DNA of 53,977 bases, counting the filler, from Pseudobdellovibrionaceae bacterium (GTDB taxonomy: Bacteria; Bdellovibrionota; Bdellovibrionia; Bdellovibrionales; UBA1609): assembly GCA_030591685.1 (NCBI GenBank). It is 2 parts of 2 records of this genome, joined end to end, with 100 filler letters (N's around TTAATTAATTAA, not from the genome) between each part and the next. Parts side by side here need not be neighbours in the genome. Positions count along the whole stretch, not along the records: positions 1 to 31,105 come from JAUVAX010000005.1; 1 more part is not named here. One strand, given 5' to 3'. Both the position numbers and the translations under genes were made by a program. Shown one piece after another: positions 8,829-18,572 of this stretch. The notes under the pieces were generated by a model. That model saw nothing but the letters and a program-made list of their open reading frames with translations. It was not told the DNA's origin and did not search any database. Position 1 is the first letter of the stretch, and the number at the start of each line of letters is the position of its first letter.

Positions 8829-10664
8829 ATGGGGTCACGCTTTCTCGTTTTGATATTTGTATGGTTATTTTCAATCTCAAGCTCTACAGCTTTAGCTCAA
8901 GCACAAGGGAAGCAATATGGTATTGGCTCCCCTAAAAATGTCGACGAGCTGCCTAATGGTAAACTTAAAAAACAAATTCAAGCTCTCCCTGAAAATGCAA
9001 AAGGCAAGGCTCTGGGTTGGCTACAGAGAATTTCATTCCCAGCAGAGGATGTTGACAACTTAGATATCAACTCTAATGGAGACGTGGGGTACATTGAGAG
9101 TTTCCCCACAGCGAATGCCGATACTGCAGAGGGGGGAGATGCTATCTCTGCTGCTAGCGCATTAAGTGTGACTGAAACATTTAAGTTACATAGTAACCCA
9201 GGCTCTACCAATGTTGTTTATCTTGATTTTGATGGACATATTATTGAAGACAACGCACTGAACTACTATAGCGAACCCACTCTGCTTGCTATGCCCTTTG
9301 ACCCCTCAGGTAATGACACCCAACCAATGGTAGCAAACTTTAGCTTAGATGAGCTTTCTCGTATTTATGAAATCTGGCACCGGGTCTCCGAGGATTTCGC
9401 GGCCTTTGATATAGATGTAACAACTGAAGAGCCACCTGTTTTTACAAATACAATGGGTCGCGTTTTAATCACTCAATACAACGATGCTAACGGAGTAGAC
9501 ATGCCTGGTGGCGGCGGTGGATTTGCATACGTCGATGCTTTTGGCAGGAGTGACTATGCTTCTTATTATAATGTAGCGCTTGTTTACTACCGTGACCTTT
9601 ACAGTGGGAGAGCCAGTACCGTAGCCGAAGCCTGTAGCCATGAATTTGGTCACCATTTAGGACTCAGCCACGATGGCATTGTGGACGGAACCAGTTATTA
9701 CACCGGTCACGGCAGTGGCGAAACAAGCTGGGCCCCTATCATGGGTGCCGGCTATTACATGAACCTGACTCAGTGGAGTAAGGGTGAATACGCCAACGCC
9801 AATAATGACCAAGATGATTTAGCTATTATTGCTGCAAAATTAAATTATAAAGCTGACGATCATGGGGATTCAGCAGAGTTCGCAACCCCGCTCAATATTG
9901 AACCCGATGGTTCGGTCTTAGTGACCAGCCCAGAGTGGGACCCGCTGAACCTCTCCCCTGAGAATAAAGGAATCATTGATCACGGAAGTGACGTGGATTG
10001 GTTTTACTTTGACATGGCTGAGGGTGGGCTAAACCTTGTCGTTACTCCCGCTTGGCATTCATTTACCCTAACGAGTAATAAGGGTGGTAACTTAGACATA
10101 GCACTGTCTCTCTATGATGACGGTTTAAATTTAATCACCATCAGTGACTCTACAGATGAAACCCAGGCCAGCATAGTCAGCACTCTACCAGCGGGCCGCT
10201 ATTACCTTCGCGTGGAAGGGGTAGGAAACTTGAACTCCAGCGACTACTCTAGCCTTGGAATGTTTTTTATAGAAGGGAGCGTTCAAGATAACACCAGTGA
10301 ACCACCACCTCCTCCTGTTGTTGTTGAAGAAAACTTAGCCCCTGTGGCCGTAGCTAGTTACTCTCCCAACCCTGCTATAATCACTAAGGGCAAGAACATG
10401 AATGTCACCTTAAACGGCTCTGCTTCGTCAGACCCTGATGGAAGTATTTCAACTTATACCTGGAAGGACTCTAGCGGCGCCATTATTGGAAGCTCCGCTC
10501 AAGTTACTGTAAAATTAAACGCTGGCACGTACAACTATACCCTTACTGTAGTAGATAATATAGGGGCCACCGACAGCACAAGCATGTCGGTAACAGTGAC
10601 TAAAGAAAAGGGCGGCAAATCCGGTGGTGGAGAAGACAAACCCTGCCGCGGAAGTAAGTGCTAA
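8829..10664 (+). CDS. Secreted metzincin (M12/reprolysin-like) zinc metalloprotease with PPC-like and PKD-like domains
   Basis: HEFGHHLGLSH (HExxHxxGxxH); Met-turn WAPIMG; DVDWFYF (PPC); LNGSASSDPDG...YTW...LTVVD (PKD); signal peptide ending ALAQA. Confidence 0.9.
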   Translation: MGSRFLVLIFVWLFSISSSTALAQAQGKQYGIGSPKNVDELPNGKLKKQIQALPENAKGKALGWLQRISFPAEDVDNLDINSNGDVGYIESFPTANADTAEGGDAISAASALSVTETFKLHSNPGSTNVVYLDFDGHIIEDNALNYYSEPTLLAMPFDPSGNDTQPMVANFSLDELSRIYEIWHRVSEDFAAFDIDVTTEEPPVFTNTMGRVLITQYNDANGVDMPGGGGGFAYVDAFGRSDYASYYNVALVYYRDLYSGRASTVAEACSHEFGHHLGLSHDGIVDGTSYYTGHGSGETSWAPIMGAGYYMNLTQWSKGEYANANNDQDDLAIIAAKLNYKADDHGDSAEFATPLNIEPDGSVLVTSPEWDPLNLSPENKGIIDHGSDVDWFYFDMAEGGLNLVVTPAWHSFTLTSNKGGNLDIALSLYDDGLNLITISDSTDETQASIVSTLPAGRYYLRVEGVGNLNSSDYSSLGMFFIEGSVQDNTSEPPPPPVVVEENLAPVAVASYSPNPAIITKGKNMNVTLNGSASSDPDGSISTYTWKDSSGAIIGSSAQVTVKLNAGTYNYTLTVVDNIGATDSTSMSVTVTKEKGGKSGGGEDKPCRGSKC

Positions 10665-10704
10665 AATAATCACTTTGTCTGACGAGGATTGCTCAAGTAA
10701 GAGG

Positions 10705-11541
10705 TCACTTAAGATGTTGTCTATTGGTCTCTGAGAGGGCCATAGCACACGCTACAGAGGCGTTATAGCTGGCCTCAGCGTTGGACTGAGGGATGCTGAC
10801 CGTATCGTCACAGGCCCTCTTAACGGGCAAGCGAACTCCCTTGGCCTCAGCACCTATCACCCATGCTACCTTTTCAGGGAGCTCGATATTATAAAGTGTG
10901 GTCTCGTTATTTTGAGCCAGGGCATAGGACCAAAAACCTATTTTTTTTAAATCCCCAATCACTGACGACAAGCTGGCCTCTTCAATAACAGGCACGTGCT
11001 CCGCCGCTCCTCTTGCTACTTTTATAGCCGTAGGAGTTAAAGCGGCGCCTTGCTTTTTAGGTAAAAAGACAGCCCCTACACCCATTAACCAGGCGGTTCT
11101 TAATATAGCACCTAAGTTATGAGGGTCTTCAAGGCCGTCAAGTATAAGAACAATTTGTTTTTTGTTTTCTTTTAAGCTTTGCCAATCAAACTTTGGCCTT
11201 TCAGTGACTACTAAGCAAAGGCCTTGGTGAGTTTGGCAAATGCGATCAAAAAAATTAAGGGACTTAATATGTATTTGCTTTTTATTTTTAATCGCCCAGT
11301 CGTGGATTTGAGCGAGCTCTGTGTTTTGCTCCCAACCTTTTTTTAAAAATACACAACTCACAGCTTGGGGCCTGACCCGCATAGCCTCTTTAGCCGAATG
11401 AACCCCCACTACGTATCGCCCCCGGGGTAACTCTGAAGCATCCACTTTAAGTGAGGTCTTTTTTGAATGCTGCGCCCTTGATTTAACCTTTGATTTAGAT
11501 TTATGGCTTAGTTTTGTTTTAGATGAGTGACCCTTTTTCAT
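10705..11541 (-). CDS. rlmB: TrmH/SpoU-family rRNA 2'-O-methyltransferase (RlmB-like)
   Basis: LDGLEDPHNLGAILRTA, VIGAEAKG and SYNASVA motifs. Confidence 0.88.
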   Translation of the reverse strand: MKKGHSSKTKLSHKSKSKVKSRAQHSKKTSLKVDASELPRGRYVVGVHSAKEAMRVRPQAVSCVFLKKGWEQNTELAQIHDWAIKNKKQIHIKSLNFFDRICQTHQGLCLVVTERPKFDWQSLKENKKQIVLILDGLEDPHNLGAILRTAWLMGVGAVFLPKKQGAALTPTAIKVARGAAEHVPVIEEASLSSVIGDLKKIGFWSYALAQNNETTLYNIELPEKVAWVIGAEAKGVRLPVKRACDDTVSIPQSNAEASYNASVACAMALSETNRQHLK

Positions 11542-11545
11542 GCCT

Positions 11546-12238
11546 CTATAACCCTAAAGCTTCATAGTATTTTTTAGCCGCTTCGACAGGGTCTGAGGCC
11601 TCATATATAGGGCGGCCCACAACAATAGCACTGGCCCCTAAATTAAAGGCCTGCTTGGGGCCGACCACTCGTTTTTGATCCCCTGCGGACTCTTCGGGGA
11701 AGCGTATACCCGGAGTGACAAAGTAACAGCCTGGAAAATTATTTTTTAAGGCCTCCACCTCTAGAGCCGAACAAACAAAGCTTCTTAACCCACAACCATA
11801 AGCCTCATGAGCTAAAGCCTGAACCTGCTCGGTGATAGACGCCTTAATACAGTTCACAGGCATGGTCTCTTTATTAAAGCTTGTTAGTACCGTTACGACT
11901 AAAACTTTAAAGGCTCTCGTTTTGTTTAACTCAGCCTCAAGGTCAGCAAGCTTTTTTAAAGCCTCAGGGCCTGACTGAGCATGAACGGTACAAAAGCTAG
12001 CCCCCATATTAAAAGAAGACCTCACAGAGGCCAGCATAGTATTTGGTATATCAAAATATTTATTGTCTATAAAAACGGGTTTTATTTTTGCCAACTCTGA
12101 AACAATATCAGCACCGTATTTAAAGCCCATACGAGGGCCAATTTTAATGCCCGTAATAAACTCAGAGACTTTATGGACTAATTCTAGGGCTTGGGCTTTG
12201 TCGTCTAAATCTAAGGCTAAAAATAAATCTCTACTCAT
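11546..12238 (-). CDS. pyrF: Orotidine-5'-phosphate decarboxylase
   Basis: LALD, FIDNKYFDIPNT, VTPGIR, DQKRV and IVVGRPI motifs; start 12238 or 12247. Confidence 0.95.
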   Translation of the reverse strand: MSRDLFLALDLDDKAQALELVHKVSEFITGIKIGPRMGFKYGADIVSELAKIKPVFIDNKYFDIPNTMLASVRSSFNMGASFCTVHAQSGPEALKKLADLEAELNKTRAFKVLVVTVLTSFNKETMPVNCIKASITEQVQALAHEAYGCGLRSFVCSALEVEALKNNFPGCYFVTPGIRFPEESAGDQKRVVGPKQAFNLGASAIVVGRPIYEASDPVEAAKKYYEALGL

Positions 12239-12330
12239 TGCACTCACGGCCCTTATTAGTGTTCATCTTTTGACTTCGAAAAGGTAGCTTTACCTTTTTA
12301 CTCGTCCGTTAATATTGCTAACTCATTACA

Positions 12331-14064
12331 TTATAATGAGTTTAAAATTTCTTCGACTTCGATTGATACATTATTAATCTCAACTTGTTTTTTATTGCCC
12401 GTGGACCTATTAACAACATCAACAGTCCCCTCTTTAACACCCTTGCCGCCAATAGTTAGTCTCACAGGAAACCCTAACAAGTCAGCGTCTTTAAACTTAA
12501 CCCCGGGGCGCTCTTTACGGTCATCTATAAAGACTTCAATATTTTTTTTCTCAAGATCACTTGTGATACTCTCAACAACAGAGTTCACGCTACTGTCTTT
12601 AGGGTCTAAATTGCAAATATGTACATGAAAAGGAGCCAAAGCTTTTGACCAAATAATACCATCACTATCATTTTTTTGCTCAACAGCTGCCTGAATCGTA
12701 CGGCTTACACCTAGGCCATAACAGCCCATTTCTATAGTTTTAGCCTTACCGTTTTGGTCAAGAACCTGTGCTTTCATGGCTTTTGAGTACTTAGTGCCGA
12801 GGTAAAATATATGCCCCACCTCTATGCCTCGAATCGCTTTAAGAACACCTTTGCTGTCAGGGCTTTTATCCCCTGATTTTGCAAATCTTAAATCAGCGTA
12901 CTCAGTCACTTGAAAATCACGACCGGCATTTACATTTTTTAAATGAACGTCATTTTTATTGGCACCCACAGTAAAGTTTTTATAATTTTTTAATCCATTA
13001 TCCGAATACACAGGGATATCTAAACCCACTGGCCCACAGCTGCCGGGTAAAGCGCCGGTAAGGGTTTGAACCTCAGTCTCTGTAAGCAACAGCGGAGGGT
13101 TACTGAGGCCTAAGTGATTTTTAATTTTAATGGGATTTACCTCGTCATCACCCCTTAATAATACGGCAATGGGCTTTGATTTATCATCTTCAAGGCCCTC
13201 ACTCAGGGAGAAGAACATAGTTTTAACAAGGTTTTTTTGGTCTATCTTTACACTCTCAGAAAGGCTAGCTATTGTTTTTAAACCTGGAGTCGGGAACTCC
13301 TCTAAGGGCAACGCTTCACCACCACCATAGCTTGCCTCGACAGGGTCAATGGCCGGGCATACCTCTAAATTTGCCGCAAAGTCACTTTCTGTTGAGACCA
13401 TCAGTTGGTCCTCGCCGCTTTCGGCAAGCACATGAAACTCTTCAGATGTATCGCCACCAATACTGCCCGAGTCGGCTTTAACGACTCTGAAGTCTAAGCC
13501 TAAGCGATTAAATATATTAACATAAGCAGCATGCATTTTATCGTAAGATTGAAGGGCAGCCTCTTTATCGATGTCAAAGCTATAGGCGTCCTTCATAATA
13601 AACTCACGCCCGCGCATGAGGCCAAATCGTGGGCGAATTTCATCTCTAAATTTTGTTTGAATTTGATAAATAATCATAGGTAAGTTTTTATAAGACTTTA
13701 AATCATGTCTAATATAATCAGTGATCGCCTCTTCATGAGTGGCCCCTAAACAAAATTCATGATCGTTTCTGTTTTTAAATTTTAATAAGCCATCACCCAT
13801 CTCGCTCCAACGATGAGTCTCTTTCCAAATTTCAGCCGGCTGCACCATGGGCATTAACACTTCACTGCATTCTATATTGTCTAATTCTTCACGAATTATT
13901 TTTTCTAACTTACGGATAGATCTTAACGCCATCACCCCGTAGGTGTAGATGCCAGGAGCTAGTTTTTTTATATATCCCCCGCGTATGAATAGCTGATGAG
14001 AGGTGATCTCTGCATCTGAAGGAGCCTCACGTAAGGTGTGCAGGTGTGTCTTGGACCATTTCAT
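12331..14064 (-). CDS. proS: Proline--tRNA ligase
   Basis: LGATHEE, FRDEIRPRFGLMRGREFIMKDAYSF, GIEVGHIF and MGCYGLGVSR motifs. Confidence 0.98.
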   Translation of the reverse strand: MKWSKTHLHTLREAPSDAEITSHQLFIRGGYIKKLAPGIYTYGVMALRSIRKLEKIIREELDNIECSEVLMPMVQPAEIWKETHRWSEMGDGLLKFKNRNDHEFCLGATHEEAITDYIRHDLKSYKNLPMIIYQIQTKFRDEIRPRFGLMRGREFIMKDAYSFDIDKEAALQSYDKMHAAYVNIFNRLGLDFRVVKADSGSIGGDTSEEFHVLAESGEDQLMVSTESDFAANLEVCPAIDPVEASYGGGEALPLEEFPTPGLKTIASLSESVKIDQKNLVKTMFFSLSEGLEDDKSKPIAVLLRGDDEVNPIKIKNHLGLSNPPLLLTETEVQTLTGALPGSCGPVGLDIPVYSDNGLKNYKNFTVGANKNDVHLKNVNAGRDFQVTEYADLRFAKSGDKSPDSKGVLKAIRGIEVGHIFYLGTKYSKAMKAQVLDQNGKAKTIEMGCYGLGVSRTIQAAVEQKNDSDGIIWSKALAPFHVHICNLDPKDSSVNSVVESITSDLEKKNIEVFIDDRKERPGVKFKDADLLGFPVRLTIGGKGVKEGTVDVVNRSTGNKKQVEINNVSIEVEEILNSL

Positions 14065-14091
14065 TTAAACAACCTCTAGTTCAGTTTGTTT

Positions 14092-15453
14092 TTAAACATC
14101 AATACCATAGGATTTAATTTTACGATGTAAATAGCTTCGCTCAAGACCTATGGTTTCTGCTGTTTTAGTTATATTGCCTTGGTTTTCTTCAATGGCTTTT
14201 AAAATAAAATCTTTTTCAAATCGTGCTCGGGCCTCTCTGAAGTTAACATTAAAGTCAAAGGTGTCCAGTTCATTGTAGTTTAACCCTGCAAAACGCACGT
14301 CTTGCACGTCTATTTGCTCACCGGGGGTGAGGATATAGAGCCTCTCAACAAAGTTTCTAAGTTCAAGAACGTTCCCCGGCCAATTATAGGCAAACATTAA
14401 ATCTAAGGCCTCTTCGGATAGGGATTTGTTTAAAAAACCACCGTGATTTGCAAAAGCATCTCCAAAATGTTGTATCAGCATGGGCAGGTCCTCTTTACGA
14501 GACTTTAAAGGGGCCAGATCAAAGGGGACAATGTTAAGGCGATAGTAGAGCTCTTCCATAAAACGCCCGGCCTTGATTTCGGCCTTCATATCTTTGCTGG
14601 TCGTTGCCAGCACACGAACATCAGCGTCTATAGACTCATTACCATTAACCCGTTTAAAGCTTTTGTTTTGAATGAGGTTCAGCAGCTGGAGCTGAGCTTC
14701 AGGGCAAAGCTCTGAGACCTCCTCTAACAGAAGAGTCCCCCCTTGAGCGGCATCTAGCTTACCTTTTTTATCTCCATCATCAGCGGCAAAAGTGCCCCTG
14801 GCATAACCAAAAATTTCAGCCAACATTAACTCTTTAGGGATTAACACACAGTTGACTTCAACTAAGGCACGCCCCGCCCTGGGGCTTAGGTAATGAATAT
14901 TTTTAGCAACAAGCTCTTTGCCCACCCCTGGTTCACCGGTGACAAGCACCCAAGAGCTTGTCGGAGCCACCCGAGCAATCATTTGCTTAAGAGCTCTCAT
15001 TTTTTCGCTCTCACCAACAATATATAAGTTGTCTCTCAGTCGATTGAGCAGAGTGTCCTTTTCGCTTTTTTGCGAATTAAATAAAGCAATGTTCTTTAAT
15101 AAAATAAGTATTTTATCTATAGACAGGGGCTTTTCAACAAAATCCCAGGCCCCTAGTTTTGTGGCCTTGACGGCTGTTTCAATGGTGCCGTGCCCCGACA
15201 TAATGATGTACTGAATGGCTGGGAATTGAGCCTTGGCTTTTTGAAGCACCTCAATGCCATCCATCTCCCCAGGCATCCAAATATCTAAGAGTACAATATC
15301 AGGCTTGAAGCTTTTAATTTTAGATAGCCCCGACAAACCATCTTCAGCAGTTTGAACGTTAAACCCCTCATCTTTTAAAGAGTCTTTAAGGATCGAGCGA
15401 ATCGCCTTTTCGTCATCCACAATTAACACACGAGTGTTTTCGTTTGAACTCAT
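14092..15453 (-). CDS. ntrX: NtrX-like response regulator (REC-AAA+-Fis HTH)
   Basis: VLIVDDE and LLDIWMP receiver; GEPGVGKE; WPGNVLEL; C-terminal HTH; downstream of an NtrY-like kinase. GAFTGA is degenerate. Confidence 0.85.
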   Translation of the reverse strand: MSSNENTRVLIVDDEKAIRSILKDSLKDEGFNVQTAEDGLSGLSKIKSFKPDIVLLDIWMPGEMDGIEVLQKAKAQFPAIQYIIMSGHGTIETAVKATKLGAWDFVEKPLSIDKILILLKNIALFNSQKSEKDTLLNRLRDNLYIVGESEKMRALKQMIARVAPTSSWVLVTGEPGVGKELVAKNIHYLSPRAGRALVEVNCVLIPKELMLAEIFGYARGTFAADDGDKKGKLDAAQGGTLLLEEVSELCPEAQLQLLNLIQNKSFKRVNGNESIDADVRVLATTSKDMKAEIKAGRFMEELYYRLNIVPFDLAPLKSRKEDLPMLIQHFGDAFANHGGFLNKSLSEEALDLMFAYNWPGNVLELRNFVERLYILTPGEQIDVQDVRFAGLNYNELDTFDFNVNFREARARFEKDFILKAIEENQGNITKTAETIGLERSYLHRKIKSYGIDV

Positions 15454-17723
15454 AGACTAACCCCCTCTACTGAACGTTCGCGATTTACTATTTTGTTCGC
15501 CTCAACTATTGGCAGCTCCACAACGACCTTAAAACCCTTTGGCTGATTGTGAAATGCTCTAATGTAGCCATTATGGTCCTCAATCATTCTTTTTACAATA
15601 GCCAATCCAAGCCCTGTACCCTGAGATTTTGTCGTCACATAAGGGTCAAAGATTCGGTCCATAAACTTAGCGCTTACACCTTTGCCATTATCTGCGACCG
15701 TGAGGCGAGCCAGCTCCATTTTTTGATCAAATTGAGTTTTTATTAAAATTTTTGGACTTTCTTGGTTTTCTAAAGCTGAAATTGAATTATCAATAAGATT
15801 TGTGATCACACGCTTTATTTGATCGGGGTCAAACATAAAGTCAGGCAAAGAGTCGCGGTCAAATATAATATCAATATTTTTGTTAGCCATTTTAAACATA
15901 CTTATAACCTGCTCCACCACAGAGTTAAAATCACCGGCGACGGGGTTTGAATGGGGCAGCCTTGCAAAATGGCTAAACTCGTTCACAAGGGTTTTTAAAT
16001 CATCGACCTGCTCAACAATCATTGAGGTGCACTCAGCAAAGGCAGGGTCTGAAATTTTAACCCCAAATTTTCGCTGCAATCGTTGAGCCGCTAGTTTAAT
16101 TGGAGTGAGGGGGTTTTTAATTTCATGAGCAATTCGTCGGGCCACCTCTGTCCAGGCGGCAGACCTTTGAGCCCGAAGCACCGGTGAGAGGTCGTCAAAA
16201 ACAATAACCTTGCCAATTTCATTATTAAACTTATCATGCAGTACCGTAAGTGTAATTTGCAGAGGAGTGTTTCGACCATTTATATTTACAGACTGTTCGC
16301 TTTTTAAACTCTTCAATCCCTGCTTACGCATAATACTGATCAGTTCATCGAACACTTTGTAGCTATTAGATTTTAACACTGACCTGGCCTTTTTGCCGAC
16401 CATTTCTTTAGAGGTGATGTTTAATAGTTTTTCAGCATAACGGTTAACCATAGTAATGAGTCCCTCATCGTCTACAGAAACAACACCGGTACTGGCATTT
16501 GACAACACCACCTCAATATAACGTAGGTGCTCATCTAATGTAGATAGAGTTTTTTTAAGCTCATCATTTGATTTTGTTAATTTTATTTCTGACTTTTCAA
16601 GAGCCCCTGTCATAAAGTTAAAGTTAGAGATCAACTCATTGATCTCATCAGATCCCGTTGTGATCTCTACATTTTGATAACGGCCCAGGGCTACATCTCT
16701 GGTTCTTTCGCCAAGTATTTGCAAAGGTACTGAAAGCTGCCTTGCTAAATAAAAGCCAAACCATGTGGCACATAACAAGATTGTTAAAGTCATTAAAACT
16801 AAAATAATTAAATATATAGATTTAATAGGGTACTCGATAGGGTTTATGTTTCTAAAATCTTGATAGGCGGAGGCAATGTCATCCATTTTTGCAATAAGGC
16901 TAAGGGGTATAAAGGTCGAGACCACCAAGGCACCGTCTACTCCGTTTATTTTCGTAGGCACGATCACCCGTACAAGGTTTCCTTGCCCAAAATGATGTAT
17001 AGTGCTTGCCTCTGCCATTTGCTGAATGCTCTTTTTTTTGAGTTCAAATGATATCTCTGGCACCTTAGCTATAGAGCTCTCATCAGACAACACCACGATG
17101 GGTTTAGAAAACAACCCCGAGTAATACTCTACAGCATCAAGACTATAATCTTTTTGATACTGCTCAAGGCGTTGCCTAATGCTTTTTCTGTTTTGAGAGA
17201 AATCCATTTTTTTATTGATCTCTTCAGCAAAATGATAGTTTTTCTTTTTTTCATTCGAGTAATAGGCATTTGTAACCTCAAGTGAGGACTTTAAAACGCC
17301 GGACATTTTTTCAGAAAACCATTTATCAAAAGAGTTATTGATATAAAACACTGAGATAATAAACATTAAAATCGTGGGGATTACTGAAAAACTCACAAAG
17401 GCTGCAATGAGTTTGCTTTTTAAAGAGCCTCCAAAAATACCATCACGTCGCTCGGTAAAAACTTTTACGATATTTCTAAATATAAAAAATATAAGTAAAA
17501 GAAAAACAATAATATTAAAATTGACTAGCCCAATAAAGAAAACCGAGTGAACAAAAGGCAAGAGCTTTGAGATGTCTACAAGCCTAAACTCAATCCAGGT
17601 GAGGATTAAAAAAAGTAACCCCAGAGCAAAAATGACGAGTAGTTCTTTTCGTCGCTTTTTTTTCTCTTCGGGGTCCTTAAGAGCTGAAATAAAACGCGTT
17701 TTACGTTTATTTTCGGTTTTCAT
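15450..17723 (-). CDS. ntrY: NtrY-like sensor histidine kinase (TM-HAMP-PAS-HisKA-HATPase)
   Basis: AWTEVARRIAHEIKNPLTPI H-box; EFSHFARLP; N, G1, F and G2 boxes; N-terminal TM helices. Confidence 0.88.
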   Translation of the reverse strand: MKTENKRKTRFISALKDPEEKKKRRKELLVIFALGLLFLILTWIEFRLVDISKLLPFVHSVFFIGLVNFNIIVFLLLIFFIFRNIVKVFTERRDGIFGGSLKSKLIAAFVSFSVIPTILMFIISVFYINNSFDKWFSEKMSGVLKSSLEVTNAYYSNEKKKNYHFAEEINKKMDFSQNRKSIRQRLEQYQKDYSLDAVEYYSGLFSKPIVVLSDESSIAKVPEISFELKKKSIQQMAEASTIHHFGQGNLVRVIVPTKINGVDGALVVSTFIPLSLIAKMDDIASAYQDFRNINPIEYPIKSIYLIILVLMTLTILLCATWFGFYLARQLSVPLQILGERTRDVALGRYQNVEITTGSDEINELISNFNFMTGALEKSEIKLTKSNDELKKTLSTLDEHLRYIEVVLSNASTGVVSVDDEGLITMVNRYAEKLLNITSKEMVGKKARSVLKSNSYKVFDELISIMRKQGLKSLKSEQSVNINGRNTPLQITLTVLHDKFNNEIGKVIVFDDLSPVLRAQRSAAWTEVARRIAHEIKNPLTPIKLAAQRLQRKFGVKISDPAFAECTSMIVEQVDDLKTLVNEFSHFARLPHSNPVAGDFNSVVEQVISMFKMANKNIDIIFDRDSLPDFMFDPDQIKRVITNLIDNSISALENQESPKILIKTQFDQKMELARLTVADNGKGVSAKFMDRIFDPYVTTKSQGTGLGLAIVKRMIEDHNGYIRAFHNQPKGFKVVVELPIVEANKIVNRERSVEGVSL

Positions 17724-17729
17724 TTAAAA

Positions 17730-18077
17730 TCAATTGCTAAAAGTATTGTATAAGTTTTTACCCACCTGAAAAGAGGGGCCACCTTTTTTACATAACTCTA
17801 AACAAATAGACTTTGCCATCTCTTGATTTAGAGGGGTGTCCGGTGCTTGTTTAACTCCACTCAGAACAATGGCGTGGTTAAGCAGGAGCTTAGCGTTATA
17901 GGCGGTGACCTTTTCTGATAGTTTTTTAAAGATAACATTTAAAGTTATATCTGTAAGCTTTGTCGCTTCTGCACTGGGCTCTGCAACGGCGTCTTCAACT
18001 TTAGCCGCCTCTGTGCTTTCAGTGTCTACGCTTGCGGCCTCAATATTACCTGCCTCTTCATTCACTACTTCTGACAT
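17730..18077 (-). CDS. Hypothetical protein (acidic N-terminus)
   Basis: 115-aa ORF with AAGGAG RBS filling the ribH-ntrY gap. Confidence 0.75.
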   Translation of the reverse strand: MSEVVNEEAGNIEAASVDTESTEAAKVEDAVAEPSAEATKLTDITLNVIFKKLSEKVTAYNAKLLLNHAIVLSGVKQAPDTPLNQEMAKSICLELCKKGGPSFQVGKNLYNTFSN

Positions 18078-18104
18078 TTTTATGACTCCTTTAGGGCTTA
18101 ACCC

Positions 18105-18572
18105 TTAATTAATAGATTTATTTAATTCAATCATTTCAATCATTACTTCGGCAGCATCGGCCCCCTTGTTGCCTTTTTTGCCCCCAGCGCGGTCGTAAGC
18201 TTGCTCTGCGTTGTCTGTGGTAATCACACCAAAAGTTACAGGGCGATTGTATTGGAGCTGCAGTGACGAGCAGCCTCTTTCCACAGAGTTGCACACATAA
18301 TCAAAATGAGGTGTACCCCCACGAACAACGGCACCAATGGCAACTATACCCTCACAACCCGCCTCAAGTAAATACTTTGCCGCTAAGGGGATCTCATAGG
18401 CCCCCGGCACTCTCACCTGCTTAATTTGGTCTTGAGACAACCCTGATTCAAGCAATTTTTCAATGGCGCCAGTTTCTAATTTTTTTGTGACCTCTGAGTT
18501 AAATCGAGCCGTCACCACACCAACGCTTGTTATTGACTGTGAGTCTATTTTTTTAATTTTTACTAAGCTCAC
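18105..18572 (-). CDS. ribH: 6,7-dimethyl-8-ribityllumazine synthase
   Basis: VTARFN, VPGAYEIP, VRGGTPHFDYV and GNKG motifs. Confidence 0.97.
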   Translation of the reverse strand: MSLVKIKKIDSQSITSVGVVTARFNSEVTKKLETGAIEKLLESGLSQDQIKQVRVPGAYEIPLAAKYLLEAGCEGIVAIGAVVRGGTPHFDYVCNSVERGCSSLQLQYNRPVTFGVITTDNAEQAYDRAGGKKGNKGADAAEVMIEMIELNKSIN

